This document shows positions 1 through 10,959 of a stretch of 64,000 nt of DNA, piece by piece (positions within the stretch are counted from its first letter, which is position 1; every line of letters starts with the position of its first letter). The translations under genes and the position numbers were made by a program. This DNA comes from a virus (taxonomy: Duplodnaviria > Caudoviricetes). The DNA lies in the IMG/VR virus record IMGVR_UViG_3300030330_006886, positions 7,026 to 71,025 of that record; one strand, given 5' to 3'. The notes under the pieces are model-generated. The model was not told the DNA's origin. It made no database searches and saw nothing but the letters and a program-made list of their open reading frames with translations.

Positions 1-3000
1 TGCTCCCGCTGCCACCAAGAAACCTAATATCTACATTTTGATTTTCATCAATACACTCAAACAAAGTTACTCCATTAGTACTACCGTCATTATCATAATC
101 TGAAAGAAATATTTTTCTTGAGCCAACAGTCTGAAAACCTGCGTTTGTTCCTCCAGCTAAATGAAGTTGCGCAGAAGTAAAATTTGTGTAGTCAGAACTA
201 TTACCCAACTGAATATACGCACTACCCGCGCTAGCGCCATCACTTACATAAATTCCATCTTTTACTCGAAGTTCTCCTGTTATATTAGTATCTCCACTGA
301 CCGTAAGAGTTGAACCAGCATACTGAGTAGTACCTCTAGCATCTCCACCGATTAATACTTGGCCATTTCCTCCACCCATGGCCGCATCTCTGACAGTTAA
401 TATGGCTCCTTGTCTTTGTTTTGCAAAATGATTACTGGTTGTTCCGCGGCCAATTTGCCAAAACGTAGCAGAACCTCCATAAGGCATTCCTGCAAACCAT
501 TCTTTACTGGTTTGATAATCATCATCTGCAAAAAATACTCCTACTGCTCGTCCTTCGTATCCATCTAAAGCAATTCTTGCTGCCTCAAAACCCGCTCCAG
601 CATCATTTCTAGCTCTTATTTGAAGTTCTGAAAAAGTAGAATCTTTTGTAGCTCCATATGATGAGCCAGCATCAGTGTCTCCAATAATCACCGTTGAATA
701 TGAACTGCCTCCTGACGTAGTTGCACCAGGCCCAGCAAAACGAGCTACTGTGTGAGTGTTTTGTCCTGAAACAAGTAATTTGAAAGGTCCTGGATTTGTT
801 GTTCCTATTCCAACTTTACCGCCTTTAACAACTACATCACCAGCTTGTCCTCCAGCATCTGTTGATGTTGAAAAGTGTATTACGCTTTCTGCACTAGTAT
901 TAGCAGGATAAGAATTTGCTCTTAAATGCAAGTCGCCGCCCAAGCCATAAATATTTGCAAATGTATAAGCAGACCCAATTGCTATACCACTTCCATCTGG
1001 GAGTACAATGTCGGCACGTGAGTTGTTTCCTTCAAGGACTCCAGCGCTACGAATTTCAATTGTGCCAGCAGCTGTAATGTTAAATATATCATCAGTACCT
1101 AATGCGCTATGTTGACTTAGTTTAAAAGAATCTCCGTCACTGTCGTCAGCGCCCATTGCCCAGTGAGTAGTATTGTTTACAAGAAAATTAATATAAGGAT
1201 CAGCTCCGTTTTCTCCTTCTATTTGTATTTTTGCTGTTCCTGCTGTGTCTCCAAAGACAGTAAGTGTTGAGCCTGGACTTTTTGTTCCAATGCCAAGCTG
1301 TCCAGTAATATATGAGTCGCCAGCATCTGCTCTTAATTGAATTTGAGTAGTGCCGTCTGCACTATTAAGCTGAAAATACCCAGCATCATCACTTAACAAT
1401 CCAAGAACAACGCCTTCTGTACTATTTTTTATCCCCATTCTGGCGCTTCCGCCGTGGACCATAAATTTTCTGGCTGGATTTGTTGTTCCTATTCCAACTC
1501 TTTGAACATCTGCATCTATTGTGACTGTTGGAGCAGATATGGTTCCAGCTGGATCTATTCTAACTATTTCATTAGTTCCTAGTGTAGCATTTCTACACAT
1601 GCTAAATGTCCCGAGAGAACGGTCTATACCGATTGTAAAATCAGTTGCACCTTGAGTCTCAAATGATATTGCCGAGTCGGCTGCGGCGTTGGTAGATTGA
1701 TTGTGGATGTTTATTGCTAATGGGCCATCTACGCTTTGACTTAGGTCTAACTGTGTATCTGGATTTGTTGTTCCTATTCCAACTTTGCCATCAGATTTTA
1801 TCGTCATCCTCGCAGCAGACGCTTGCGCTGTTGAAACGTGACTTGTTAAAAATGTCAGATCCGCCGAGCCATCATTCTCAGAGTTTCTTGTTCCTCTTAT
1901 TTTTGCGTTAAAATTAGTTAAATCACCAGCACTAGCAGAAGTATTAAATATTAATTCTCCTCCGCCACCAACAGTATTACTTCCATGTACGTCTAGATAA
2001 ATTTGAGAAGTAGGCCCCGAGGCCATCCGAGATCCTACTGTAAGCAAAGCTAATGCATCGTTTGTTCCTATTCCAACTCCCCCACCGTCCATTACATTTA
2101 GAAAAATATCTTTATTGGGCGCAGGAGTAACATTAATCGGGTAACCGTATGCAGGATGAACAAATAACGATAAACCACTGACAACTCTGTCACTGTGGTC
2201 TAATCTCATTCCAGCTAAATCAGCGTTAGCATTGAACCCAAAAGTATACGCTGCGGTGTCACTACCCGCAGTAGTTGGACTGTTTATTCGTACAGTGGGA
2301 TTTGCGCCGCTTATAGTTAGTAACTCGGCTGGGCCTGTTGTTCCTATTCCAACCTTGCCATCACCTCTTATAACCATCTTTACTGACGGGTCAGAACTCC
2401 CAACGGCATTATTAGTGCTAAACTTCAAGTCAGTATTAGTAGAAGAAGATGGGTGCCCGAAAACTTGTGCGCCCCTTTTATTACCAACGTTGCCATCAAC
2501 GCTTGACGTCCAAACTAGAGCTGAATACTTAGTAGTACTTTGTCCACCAAAATACAAAGACGCAAAATTAGAGTTTTCTGTAGTTATTTCTAAACCTCTA
2601 TGCCAGCCACCATCTCTTGTTCCCTCACCCCTAAAAATCCCCGCGCTGTCTACTTTTAACTCTCCTGTTACACTAGCATCTCCAGAAACAGTAAGTGCCG
2701 CCCCAAGGTGCTCAAGACTAAGGCCGCCAAGAGAACCTACTACAACTTCTTGATCATTATTAATATATAAAGCTGTTGTGCCTTTTGTGGTAGTATGACT
2801 TGCAGCAGTTCTAAGATACATATTTTCTGTAGAATTTCCATATGCAGTTCCACCACCAATATGAATGTCAGTTTTACTACTAGAACTGGTTGCCGTCATT
2901 AAAGTAACTGGCTCTTCCGTAATTGTATAATGCGGCATGCCAATTCTAACAACTTTGGTTTGTGAGTTAGATATTTGTGGTGCTACGCCAACATTATCAG

Positions 3001-3730
3001 ATCCAGCAATAATTGCAAATCCGTTAGTTGGATTTTGTCCTACTACTAATCTAGCATCTGGATGAAAATTGTCCGAATAACCAATTCCAACTTTTCCGAA
3101 ATAGCCACTAGTTCCAGAAACATTCGCTTGACTAAAAGACCCACTAACAGTCATGTCTCCAATAACAACTAAATTGCCATCAGTTTTTAATGTATTTGTT
3201 GCAGATCTAAAAAGATTAGCGTCTGTTCCGAACACTATACCGTTGTCATTAAAGTCTGCCGTTGCACTATAACTTGTAGAAACTTGTATTTTTTTAAATC
3301 TAGCCATTTGGGCACTACCGCCCTCTGTTAAAAAATTTATTTGCTGGTCAGACCTTATCCTAGTACTACTCGCGCTAGTTCTAAGATATATTGCTTCTTG
3401 TCCAGTTATAAATAAACTTCCAGAAACGTATGTATTATCTCTTAACCTTATTCGATTATTGTCGGGATCTATTTCTAACTTGGCTTCATTATTACGATAA
3501 GCTTTGATAGTATCGTCAGCAAAAACTTCAAAAACTGGCATGCCTGCTGCATCGTTAACACTAAACAATGAATCAGACAAATCATCACTTAAACTCAGCA
3601 AACTGCCTTGGTCGCCTTCAAAGTGTATATCGCCGCTTTCAGCTACCCGCAGTTGAATAGTGCCAGTATTTGTGCCAGAAAACCCGATTGTTCCTTGTCC
3701 TGGTGTGATTAGTATGTCTGGATTTGCCAT
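1..3730 (-). CDS. Large tail fibre-like protein (>1243 aa, 3' end runs off the window; absent from the ORF track)
   Basis: ATG at 3730 (MANPDILITPGQG...). My manual translation stays open to base 2 (...RFLGGSGS). It has repeated VGIGTTNP and TVSGD(A/T)xxTGEL motifs and shares modules with the 11672-22543 fibre. Confidence 0.85.
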   Translation of the reverse strand, partial: MANPDILITPGQGTIGFSGTNTGTIQLRVAESGDIHFEGDQGSLLSLSDDLSDSLFSVNDAAGMPVFEVFADDTIKAYRNNEAKLEIDPDNNRIRLRDNTYVSGSLFITGQEAIYLRTSASSTRIRSDQQINFLTEGGSAQMARFKKIQVSTSYSATADFNDNGIVFGTDANLFRSATNTLKTDGNLVVIGDMTVSGSFSQANVSGTSGYFGKVGIGYSDNFHPDARLVVGQNPTNGFAIIAGSDNVGVAPQISNSQTKVVRIGMPHYTITEEPVTLMTATSSSSKTDIHIGGGTAYGNSTENMYLRTAASHTTTKGTTALYINNDQEVVVGSLGGLSLEHLGAALTVSGDASVTGELKVDSAGIFRGEGTRDGGWHRGLEITTENSNFASLYFGGQSTTKYSALVWTSSVDGNVGNKRGAQVFGHPSSSTNTDLKFSTNNAVGSSDPSVKMVIRGDGKVGIGTTGPAELLTISGANPTVRINSPTTAGSDTAAYTFGFNANADLAGMRLDHSDRVVSGLSLFVHPAYGYPINVTPAPNKDIFLNVMDGGGVGIGTNDALALLTVGSRMASGPTSQIYLDVHGSNTVGGGGELIFNTSASAGDLTNFNAKIRGTRNSENDGSADLTFLTSHVSTAQASAARMTIKSDGKVGIGTTNPDTQLDLSQSVDGPLAINIHNQSTNAAADSAISFETQGATDFTIGIDRSLGTFSMCRNATLGTNEIVRIDPAGTISAPTVTIDADVQRVGIGTTNPARKFMVHGGSARMGIKNSTEGVVLGLLSDDAGYFQLNSADGTTQIQLRADAGDSYITGQLGIGTKSPGSTLTVFGDTAGTAKIQIEGENGADPYINFLVNNTTHWAMGADDSDGDSFKLSQHSALGTDDIFNITAAGTIEIRSAGVLEGNNSRADIVLPDGSGIAIGSAYTFANIYGLGGDLHLRANSYPANTSAESVIHFSTSTDAGGQAGDVVVKGGKVGIGTTNPGPFKLLVSGQNTHTVARFAGPGATTSGGSSYSTVIIGDTDAGSSYGATKDSTFSELQIRARNDAGAGFEAARIALDGYEGRAVGVFFADDDYQTSKEWFAGMPYGGSATFWQIGRGTTSNHFAKQRQGAILTVRDAAMGGGNGQVLIGGDARGTTQYAGSTLTVSGDTNITGELRVKDGIYVSDGASAGSAYIQLGNSSDYTNFTSAQLHLAGGTNAGFQTVGSRKIFLSDYDNDGSTNGVTLFECIDENQNVDIRFLGGSGS

Positions 3731-3745
3731 ATGCCTTGTATTTAA

Positions 3746-3751
3746 TTACAC
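3746..3751 (-). promoter_or_regulatory. GTGTAA motif (putative late promoter)
   Basis: AGTGTAATTAAATA, 15 nt upstream of ATG 3730. Confidence 0.6.
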
Positions 3752-3756
3752 TATAA

Positions 3757-4494
3757 TTAGTCAGTTAATCCGAATCTTGGTTTAATTTGAGATTCGTAAT
3801 TTTTTCTTATTTCTTTCTGTGTTAAAACTCTATTATAAATTCTAAATATAGCTATTTGTCCATTAAGATCCCTACTAGTGTCTGAAGTAGCACCCAGATA
3901 TAAACTTGATGTCGAGATATTAGCCGTGCCAGATGCACTACCAGTAGCACTAGTAAATACTTGAGCGTTCTTGTATATTTTAATTCTGTCTACGCTAGCA
4001 TTTCCGTCCCATGTTGCAACTACATGTACCCATTGGCCTGCTACGACAAAGCTTCCAGCACCAGCTTGAGTAAAAAGTGCTGAAGGGCTACTATTGTCAT
4101 ATATGTTTTGATAAATAGCAAATGGAGACGTTTGTGATAAATGCAATAAAGTGTTACCTTTTTGATAAATTCTTGGAAATGGGTTATTTTGAGAGGAATC
4201 GGCTTTAAAAACGGCTTCGACAGTAAATTCTGTGCTTTCCAACGCAGATTTCACCGCGGCATCTGAATTAGGTACTTCAATTTTATCATTACTTCCATCA
4301 AAATCAAAAAATTTTTTACCATTCGCGCCAGGGTCTGAGGAAAATGTCGCATTACTCAGTGTCCCAAAGTCACTTGTTGAAACTAAATTTTTAACAGTGG
4401 TGCCGCTACCAGAGTAACACCTTATAGCCTGAGCGTCAAAACATAAAACTAGTCCTTCTCTTGTTATGCTTGGTGAATGATTTAATACTGACAT
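3757..4494 (-). CDS. LamG/concanavalin A-like lectin domain protein
   Basis: FTVEAVF...WVHVVATWD...IKIYKN...LNGQIAIFRIYNRVLT pattern; N-terminal PSITREGLVLCFDA; C-terminal RFG. Confidence 0.85.
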   Translation of the reverse strand: MSVLNHSPSITREGLVLCFDAQAIRCYSGSGTTVKNLVSTSDFGTLSNATFSSDPGANGKKFFDFDGSNDKIEVPNSDAAVKSALESTEFTVEAVFKADSSQNNPFPRIYQKGNTLLHLSQTSPFAIYQNIYDNSSPSALFTQAGAGSFVVAGQWVHVVATWDGNASVDRIKIYKNAQVFTSATGSASGTANISTSSLYLGATSDTSRDLNGQIAIFRIYNRVLTQKEIRKNYESQIKPRFGLTD

Positions 4495-4518
4495 TTTGTT
4501 TTCTTGTTGTTGTTTTTA

Positions 4519-5763
4519 TTATTTTCCGAATCGACCTTTTTGGGCTATGTAGATGTCTTTTATTTCTTTGTCGGTTAAACACGAAGACCAAACAGACACA
4601 CAAGCAATTTCTCCATTAAAATACCTACTCAGATTAAGATAACCAATATGGCATGCGTCATTAAGTCCAGACGCCATAGTAACACCAGAATAAGTATGAG
4701 ATTCCACCTCAACACCATTTTTATAAATTTTTGACAAAGTGTCAGATCCTACAGTTTTTGAAGTTGCAACAGCATGAGTCCATACTCCTTGATCAGGACC
4801 ATTTGCTTCTGAGGTTTCAGCTCTACCATTAGTGAAATTTTTTTGAACAAATTGAAACTTATTCGCGCTAACGTTAAAATCTCTTCGGCCGCCGCTAGTA
4901 TTGTTATTAGTAACCATTCCCTGTAGACTCGAAAGACCACTATTACCCCCGTATTTAACCCAAACAGAAATCGTAACAAACTCAGAAGTCATAATTCCTG
5001 TTCCAGCATTTATATACTCATCAGTTCCATCAAAATCCCAATATGCGCCGCCTATGTGTCCTTGATTGATATTAAAAGAAGCTAAAACTTTACGATTTGT
5101 AGGCTTGAAAAGTTCTTGGCCGTATGCCGCAAAAGTCCCAGTTAGAGTAGTGCCCAGCGCACCAACTCCGCTAATATTTTTAACTGCATTTGACGCGGTG
5201 CGGGAAGTCGCCGTAAAAGGAGTTGAAGAAGTTTTTTGTTCTACCTGTATTCTTCTGATGTATTTATTGCCACTATAAGTTTCATTTGGCCTTAAATATC
5301 CATCATCCAATGTATACCCCGTTGTTATATTGTTAAATGTAAACCTTTTCCACTCTGTAGTAAGGTTGGCTGTTTGTGTAGTTCTTGTTGAAACACCTGA
5401 GTACAAAGCAAATTTTAAGACCTTGCCTTCGTCGTCAGCTTTTGCTTCAAAAGATATAGAAAATCCATCAGTAACAGTAGAAGTTAAATCAAGAAAATTT
5501 ACTCTAGGATAATCAGTGCCGCTGTTAGCGGTAGTATTAGATATTACAAGATGAGGTATTCCGTCTTCTGAGCCATACGATATAGTTCCAGCCGAACCAC
5601 CAGCCTGAGATATCGAAAAGTTACCAGCGGGTTCAGGGTCAGGGAAAACGTTTGTAGTAGGCTCGCCGCCATAACTATCAGAATTTGCTGCATCAATGCA
5701 AAACACCAACTGCTTAGAGCGGTCGCGTTGACTTACTGTTTTTGGTCCGATTTTTGTTGCCAT
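4519..5763 (-). CDS. LamG domain protein with inserted carbohydrate-binding-like module
   Basis: TISVWVK...WTHAVAT...IYKNG...FNGEIACVSVW; insert after GEPTTN containing ISFEAK and LTTEWKRFT (CBM-like); ends in RFGK. Confidence 0.8.
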   Translation of the reverse strand: MATKIGPKTVSQRDRSKQLVFCIDAANSDSYGGEPTTNVFPDPEPAGNFSISQAGGSAGTISYGSEDGIPHLVISNTTANSGTDYPRVNFLDLTSTVTDGFSISFEAKADDEGKVLKFALYSGVSTRTTQTANLTTEWKRFTFNNITTGYTLDDGYLRPNETYSGNKYIRRIQVEQKTSSTPFTATSRTASNAVKNISGVGALGTTLTGTFAAYGQELFKPTNRKVLASFNINQGHIGGAYWDFDGTDEYINAGTGIMTSEFVTISVWVKYGGNSGLSSLQGMVTNNNTSGGRRDFNVSANKFQFVQKNFTNGRAETSEANGPDQGVWTHAVATSKTVGSDTLSKIYKNGVEVESHTYSGVTMASGLNDACHIGYLNLSRYFNGEIACVSVWSSCLTDKEIKDIYIAQKGRFGK

Positions 5764-5771
5764 TGTGTTTT

Positions 5772-6530
5772 TTAAAATGATGATTCAGGACATAGCTTAT
5801 CTAAATATCTTCCAACATGGGCTAAAAAGTTTTGTTTTACTTCTGCTGCGGTTAAAACTTTATTGTATAAATATATTGGACCCATTTTACCATCCCAGTG
5901 AGTTGCGTATGTATAACGTGTGCCAATTCTAGCATTAATACCAAAATTTTCAGTTGCAGAAGTTGAATACGCAGCCGTTCTTTCTCTACCGTTTAAATAT
6001 ATTTTAGTACCAGAACTATTACTGGTTATCATCAAGTGAACCCACACGTTTGTAGGAAAGTCGCCCTGACTATAAGATCCTCCGCCAAAATTATACCGCA
6101 GTGTATTGTGAATATTAATGTTGTAACTACTGTAATTAGTTAACCACCAGCTTCCTCCATCGTTTCTGAAATCAAAAAGATAATCAGTGTTGGTGCTAGT
6201 TTTAAAAAACCACATTCCCGCAGTGCACTCGCTATTTGATCCAAGATCTTCATCAATATTTATTCCGTCACTACCGTCAAAGCCAAAAACATAACTACTA
6301 CTATTAGTGGATTGATCTTTTGCAATTGTTGGAAAATTACTTGTACTCTCAGTATGCGCTCCAGTTCCAGGATTACCGCTTGCGCCTGAGCATCTTTTAC
6401 TTCCAACTAAGTCGTGAGCACTAGTGTTGCCAGGTTGTACACATCTATTGTTGTGAGGATCAAGTAAAAAAACCAAACCTCTTGTTGTTAATTTTGGACT
6501 GTATCTTGTTGCCATTTTATGCCTTTCCAA
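5772..6530 (-). CDS. LamG domain protein
   Basis: YSPKLTTRGLVFLLD; WVHLMIT...IYLNG...WDGKMGPIYLYNKVLT. True start may be the second Met at 6515. Confidence 0.8.
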   Translation of the reverse strand: MERHKMATRYSPKLTTRGLVFLLDPHNNRCVQPGNTSAHDLVGSKRCSGASGNPGTGAHTESTSNFPTIAKDQSTNSSSYVFGFDGSDGINIDEDLGSNSECTAGMWFFKTSTNTDYLFDFRNDGGSWWLTNYSSYNINIHNTLRYNFGGGSYSQGDFPTNVWVHLMITSNSSGTKIYLNGRERTAAYSTSATENFGINARIGTRYTYATHWDGKMGPIYLYNKVLTAAEVKQNFLAHVGRYLDKLCPESSF

Positions 6531-8685
6531 ATCTGTTTTTAAAGTAGTTGTAAGCTTGAGTTACTTGATCTTGTGACAATGTGATATCGTAAACCATACC
6601 TGTTGCTATTTTTCCATCAAAGTAATATGATTCACCAGAAGAATTTCCAAGTTGAAAGTTGGCACTTGTATTTGTCCAATCTGCGTTTGTATTTTGTTGC
6701 GACGCAACTTGCACACCATCTAAATAAACCAAAGCAATTTTTGTACTTGCATCGTAAGTTGCTATTGCGCAATACCATGTCCCAGCGCTTAAAACGTTTC
6801 CTGAGGCTGCGATCAAATTATTTTCATCTAATCTAAAACTCAGTGTGGCATTATTATGAGCTAGCCTATAATTTCCATATGTTTTACCAATTAAATGTTT
6901 GAACCCAGAAATAGCATCTGGCTTAAACCATACCAATAATGAAAAATTATCATCATGCGCAAACTGTGTATGACTTGTATTTCCAAAATTAATATAATCA
7001 TTTGTACCATCAAAATCATAATGCTTTGGAAGATTGCTTACGTTTGTTGACGCCTGAGATGCACCTTCTACTGTACCATCAATTTCATTTGGCCCTAAAT
7101 CAAAGAATGTTGACGAATCGTATGTTCTGTCGCGAGCGGGACCAGAGGCATCTACATAAAGTACAACATTTTTTGGTGCAGGTATTTTTGGTATTGCGTT
7201 TATGCGTGATTTTGTTGCATTGTAGTTTTGCATTATTTCTCCGTGTGTTAAAGCTTTTTGGTATAAACGCAAAAATGCAAGTTCTCCTACAAAGCATTGC
7301 GAACTTTGTGCTAAAAATTGCATATTGTTTGAAGTAGCTGTTATGCCTTCAAAGTTGCCAGTGTTTCTAAATATTTCGGCTCCATTCTTGTACCAAGTCC
7401 ATGTGCTTCCGCCATCATAAACTCCGTGCCAATGAGCCCATTCTCCAGCAACAGTTCTGTGCTCTACGGCCACTAAAGAATCGTCATAAGTACTAGTTCC
7501 GCCGCTATGATTTTCTCTAAAATATGGTCTACCATAACTACTTCCAGCATATCTTAAAACAAAACCATTACTTTGGTAAGTTTCATTGGCAATAAGAGCA
7601 TAATTTGTTCCGCCAGTGCGACCACTATCAGCTTGACAACATATCATTGCCGCGGCCCACTCTATTGTGTAGCCTCCGTTTGCGTTTAGGTCTGAAATTT
7701 TGCTGTTTGTTGTGTAAGTTATTGATCTTCCAGCTTGATTTCCTATGATTATTCCTCTGTTTGAATTTACAGCTGGAAAAAGATAATCAATGCTAGAGGT
7801 ACTTGGTTTCGCGTTTTCTGTTGAGTCTCTTGCGCCTCTGCTTAAACCGCCACCAGTAGATAATTGTAATGGTATATCCCATTTGTGAGATAAATAAAAT
7901 TCCATTTGGTGTCTTTCTTCGTCCGTAAGTGTTGACTGAAAGACCATTACCTCAAATATTTCAACATTAGAGTTCCTTTCGTGAGCGTAATCAGCTCCAA
8001 GAACAATGCCTTTATGGGCGGTTGCCGCACTTAAAACATCACTAGATCCGCCAACTCGCAATCCGTTGTTCCATAAATATCCAGCATCTGCAAACCTAGC
8101 GCAAACAATATGAGGATCCAAACCATTTAAATCGCCATCAGTACCAGTAGTAGCTGCGTTGTGTCCTGCATACCAAGTCATACCAGTGCTTGAGGAATCG
8201 TGCCTGAGTAATCTTCTTGCATCTGCGTCACTGTCTGTATCTCCATCAAATATATATTTAGTATTATCTGATGAATTAGTAGATAACGCCCTAAAAACGA
8301 TAATAACATCATTAGCCGCATTGTCTGCAACATAATTATTAGAATGAAACGGTGCAAGCAATTCATTATTACTTCCATCAAAGCTAATTCCACCAAGGCC
8401 ATTGAGAGATTTTTTGTTGTAAGTTGGCCTATGATTGGAAGTATCAGCATCTGTCGCGTTACTTGCTCCGCCAAATTCTGCCGCGCTGCTTTTATCTAGC
8501 CAATCTGTTACTGCATTTGAAGAATGAATAATGGTTGACTCATCCGCAGCATCCAACCACATTATGCACCTTGCCGACAGACTGTTCGGAGATACATATT
8601 TGTTAGCGCCCTTGCCTCCACCATTTCCGTCGAAGTTTAAAGCGAGTTGGTCGGTAACTATTCGCGGTTTTAAATGCTGAGCCAT
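6517..8685 (-). CDS. Multi-LamG domain protein (about 722 aa)
   Basis: Three lectin-like folds (MWLDAAD...MEFYLSHKW; WAHWHGVYDG; WYCAIATYD). Start placed at MAQHLKPRIVT (8685), 1 nt after the upstream stop, rather than the track's 8724. Confidence 0.8.
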   Translation of the reverse strand: MAQHLKPRIVTDQLALNFDGNGGGKGANKYVSPNSLSARCIMWLDAADESTIIHSSNAVTDWLDKSSAAEFGGASNATDADTSNHRPTYNKKSLNGLGGISFDGSNNELLAPFHSNNYVADNAANDVIIVFRALSTNSSDNTKYIFDGDTDSDADARRLLRHDSSSTGMTWYAGHNAATTGTDGDLNGLDPHIVCARFADAGYLWNNGLRVGGSSDVLSAATAHKGIVLGADYAHERNSNVEIFEVMVFQSTLTDEERHQMEFYLSHKWDIPLQLSTGGGLSRGARDSTENAKPSTSSIDYLFPAVNSNRGIIIGNQAGRSITYTTNSKISDLNANGGYTIEWAAAMICCQADSGRTGGTNYALIANETYQSNGFVLRYAGSSYGRPYFRENHSGGTSTYDDSLVAVEHRTVAGEWAHWHGVYDGGSTWTWYKNGAEIFRNTGNFEGITATSNNMQFLAQSSQCFVGELAFLRLYQKALTHGEIMQNYNATKSRINAIPKIPAPKNVVLYVDASGPARDRTYDSSTFFDLGPNEIDGTVEGASQASTNVSNLPKHYDFDGTNDYINFGNTSHTQFAHDDNFSLLVWFKPDAISGFKHLIGKTYGNYRLAHNNATLSFRLDENNLIAASGNVLSAGTWYCAIATYDASTKIALVYLDGVQVASQQNTNADWTNTSANFQLGNSSGESYYFDGKIATGMVYDITLSQDQVTQAYNYFKNRFGKA

Positions 8686-8686
8686 A

Positions 8687-9184
8687 TTAAAGTAATCCAG
8701 TTTGCGTCCACTCTTCTGTTGCAAGTATTCCTAGTATTTCTGGATGATTAAATTCTGTTTTGCCCGAAACTGTAAGTGCGCTTGAGAAAATGTCTGGTCT
8801 TCCTGCAACAGTACCAGAAGTATAAGCTATGCCAGATCCAGTAATATTATCAGTATCAATCAAATGAAAACCACTGCCAGTTATAACATCGCTGCCTCCG
8901 TCATTTTGACTGTACAGCGGATAATATTCTTTTACTTGTTCGTAATATAAATTGTAAGTGTCGCCATTAGAATCAACATTATTATTATACTCTACATTTC
9001 CATCGTCATCGTATCCTTGAATTACTGGATATTCTGTTACATTGTATTTAACAAATGTTTTGCTACCGTCGATAGAATACCTCAGAGTAGCCGCTGCATT
9101 TTCTAATATCTGATCATAATTAACGTTTGTTGCATCGCCGCTGTTAATTATGCACCATCTTCTGTTTGGAAATCTATTGTTCAT
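8687..9184 (-). CDS. Hypothetical protein embedded in the LamG cluster
   Basis: 165 aa ORF co-oriented with and tightly packed among its neighbours; no family recognised. Confidence 0.6.
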   Translation of the reverse strand: MNNRFPNRRWCIINSGDATNVNYDQILENAAATLRYSIDGSKTFVKYNVTEYPVIQGYDDDGNVEYNNNVDSNGDTYNLYYEQVKEYYPLYSQNDGGSDVITGSGFHLIDTDNITGSGIAYTSGTVAGRPDIFSSALTVSGKTEFNHPEILGILATEEWTQTGLL

Positions 9185-9218
9185 ACTATTATTTTTTTAT
9201 TTTTTTTAAAATTTTCTA

Positions 9219-10943
9219 CTATAATCCGAATCTACTTTTTTGAGCGTTATAAATTTGCTTTATGTCGGCATGACTTAAAGCTGTATTATATATAGCAAAA
9301 CATGCTACTTGTCCATCCCAAATATAGGTATTTCTTCCCCCCACCCTAACATTACCAGGAAGAGTGTAAGAAGTATAGCTTTTAGTACCAGCTGCGTTTC
9401 CATCATAATAACCTCTTGCGGTTCCAGAATCCATTACTAAAGCTTGATGATACCATTTTGAATTATCAGCATTTGAAGGAAGAGACCATGCTGAGCTTTG
9501 TATGCCAAAAGGTTTTGGATTATCTGCTGTAATCAAAGCACAATAAAGTCTTTGATTACTACCGTTACTTCCATGGTCTAGCCACATTTTATTATTGGTT
9601 GTTGTATAAGATTTAACCCAAGCGACAAACGTCATTGGACTAGAATAAGGATTTCTTCCAGATCCAAATGAAGTTGTTACTAAATCATCACTTCCGTCAA
9701 AATGTATGGACGCAGGGCGATCAGTATTTGCTACTACTCCTCTTCCCGCAGGTACAAAACTTGACGTTGGGCTTGTGTCAGGATTAGGTAATATAATACT
9801 GCCTCTTCTTACAAAATGTACGTCTACACTTGCAGTTCCAAAATCTGAACTGCTAAACGTACCATGGTTTCCATTTCCACTAATATCTCTCCAAGCATTT
9901 GCCGCTGCCCTGGATCCATCTACAAATGGAGTCGCGTGATCCTTTTTTTCTACTTGAATTTCGGTCATATAATAAATTGCACCAATAGGATCGTCACTTA
10001 TAACCCTAAAACCATGTGTATGACTTCCATTTTTACTATAAAATTCATTAACAAGTTTAATCCATTTTCCTTTATCGTTTACATGATAAGTTCTATGGTT
10101 GCTAATAGTAGCACTATTAGCAGAATTATCCGTGTTAAAACGAGGAGCACTCCCAACAGAACTACTGCCATTACCAGTAGAACTTGTTGGAATGTAAAAC
10201 CAAGCGCTCATCGAGTACGGATGAGTTGCCGCACCACTATCACTATCCAAAGTAGGCCAGCCACTTCCAAAACAAATCCTCCCATTTGAGGCGTTATTTT
10301 TAACAATTTTTATTGCTTTTGGTGATGGCCTAAAGCCAGTATCGTCAATTGGACAATCTACAACTGAAGCGGTTCCTTCATAGCTAAAGTTCATATTGTC
10401 TGGGATAGCCCCATCATTACAATCACCATCTGTTATGATGTTAGTTGTAGGTTCTCCTGCAAAGCTTTTTGCGTTCATAGCATCTAAACACATAAGAAGA
10501 TGACTTACAGGAACGCCATTTGCGTCTGTTTGTATAACTTTGACGTCAGTTATAGTGCCGCTAAAGCTGCTGTCCGCCCTGATATAAATAATATCATTGC
10601 CTGTCACTTGGTGTGGGCCGTGAGTGTACTTTCCACTTGCAGTCATTTCTGTTCCAGAGGTAGCGCCACCAGTAGCATAAGATAAACTTAAAGTTCCAGC
10701 AGTTCTGGTTATGGTCATAATTACTTTATAGTAATTATTTTGAGGAAAATCCATAATCATCCACCTAGTAGCACTCTGAGAACCGTCAATAGTAGCAACT
10801 CCGTTGCTTATAGACCAATTGTCACTGTCTCCCAAACTACCAGGAGTAACAGTCCAGCCAGAAGATGAATTAAAAGTACCATCCTCGGTCATCACGTTTA
10901 TTTGTCCGCGATCTGGTAATTTTGGTCCACTTCTTACTCCCAT
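9219..10943 (-). CDS. LamG protein with two extra beta-sandwich/CBM-like modules (about 574 aa)
   Basis: LLMCLDA...GEPTTN insert...WRDISGNGNHGT...WYHQALV...WDGQVACFAIYN...KSRFGL. Start placed at MGVRSGPKLP (10943) so it does not overlap the upstream gene. Confidence 0.8.
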   Translation of the reverse strand: MGVRSGPKLPDRGQINVMTEDGTFNSSSGWTVTPGSLGDSDNWSISNGVATIDGSQSATRWMIMDFPQNNYYKVIMTITRTAGTLSLSYATGGATSGTEMTASGKYTHGPHQVTGNDIIYIRADSSFSGTITDVKVIQTDANGVPVSHLLMCLDAMNAKSFAGEPTTNIITDGDCNDGAIPDNMNFSYEGTASVVDCPIDDTGFRPSPKAIKIVKNNASNGRICFGSGWPTLDSDSGAATHPYSMSAWFYIPTSSTGNGSSSVGSAPRFNTDNSANSATISNHRTYHVNDKGKWIKLVNEFYSKNGSHTHGFRVISDDPIGAIYYMTEIQVEKKDHATPFVDGSRAAANAWRDISGNGNHGTFSSSDFGTASVDVHFVRRGSIILPNPDTSPTSSFVPAGRGVVANTDRPASIHFDGSDDLVTTSFGSGRNPYSSPMTFVAWVKSYTTTNNKMWLDHGSNGSNQRLYCALITADNPKPFGIQSSAWSLPSNADNSKWYHQALVMDSGTARGYYDGNAAGTKSYTSYTLPGNVRVGGRNTYIWDGQVACFAIYNTALSHADIKQIYNAQKSRFGL

Positions 10944-10959
10944 GTTTGTCCTTTGTTTA

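Noticed and set aside
9185-9218. T homopolymer tracts as a phase-variation site
   Set aside because: Intergenic AT-rich leader with runs of only 7-8 nt; changes would not shift any reading frame.
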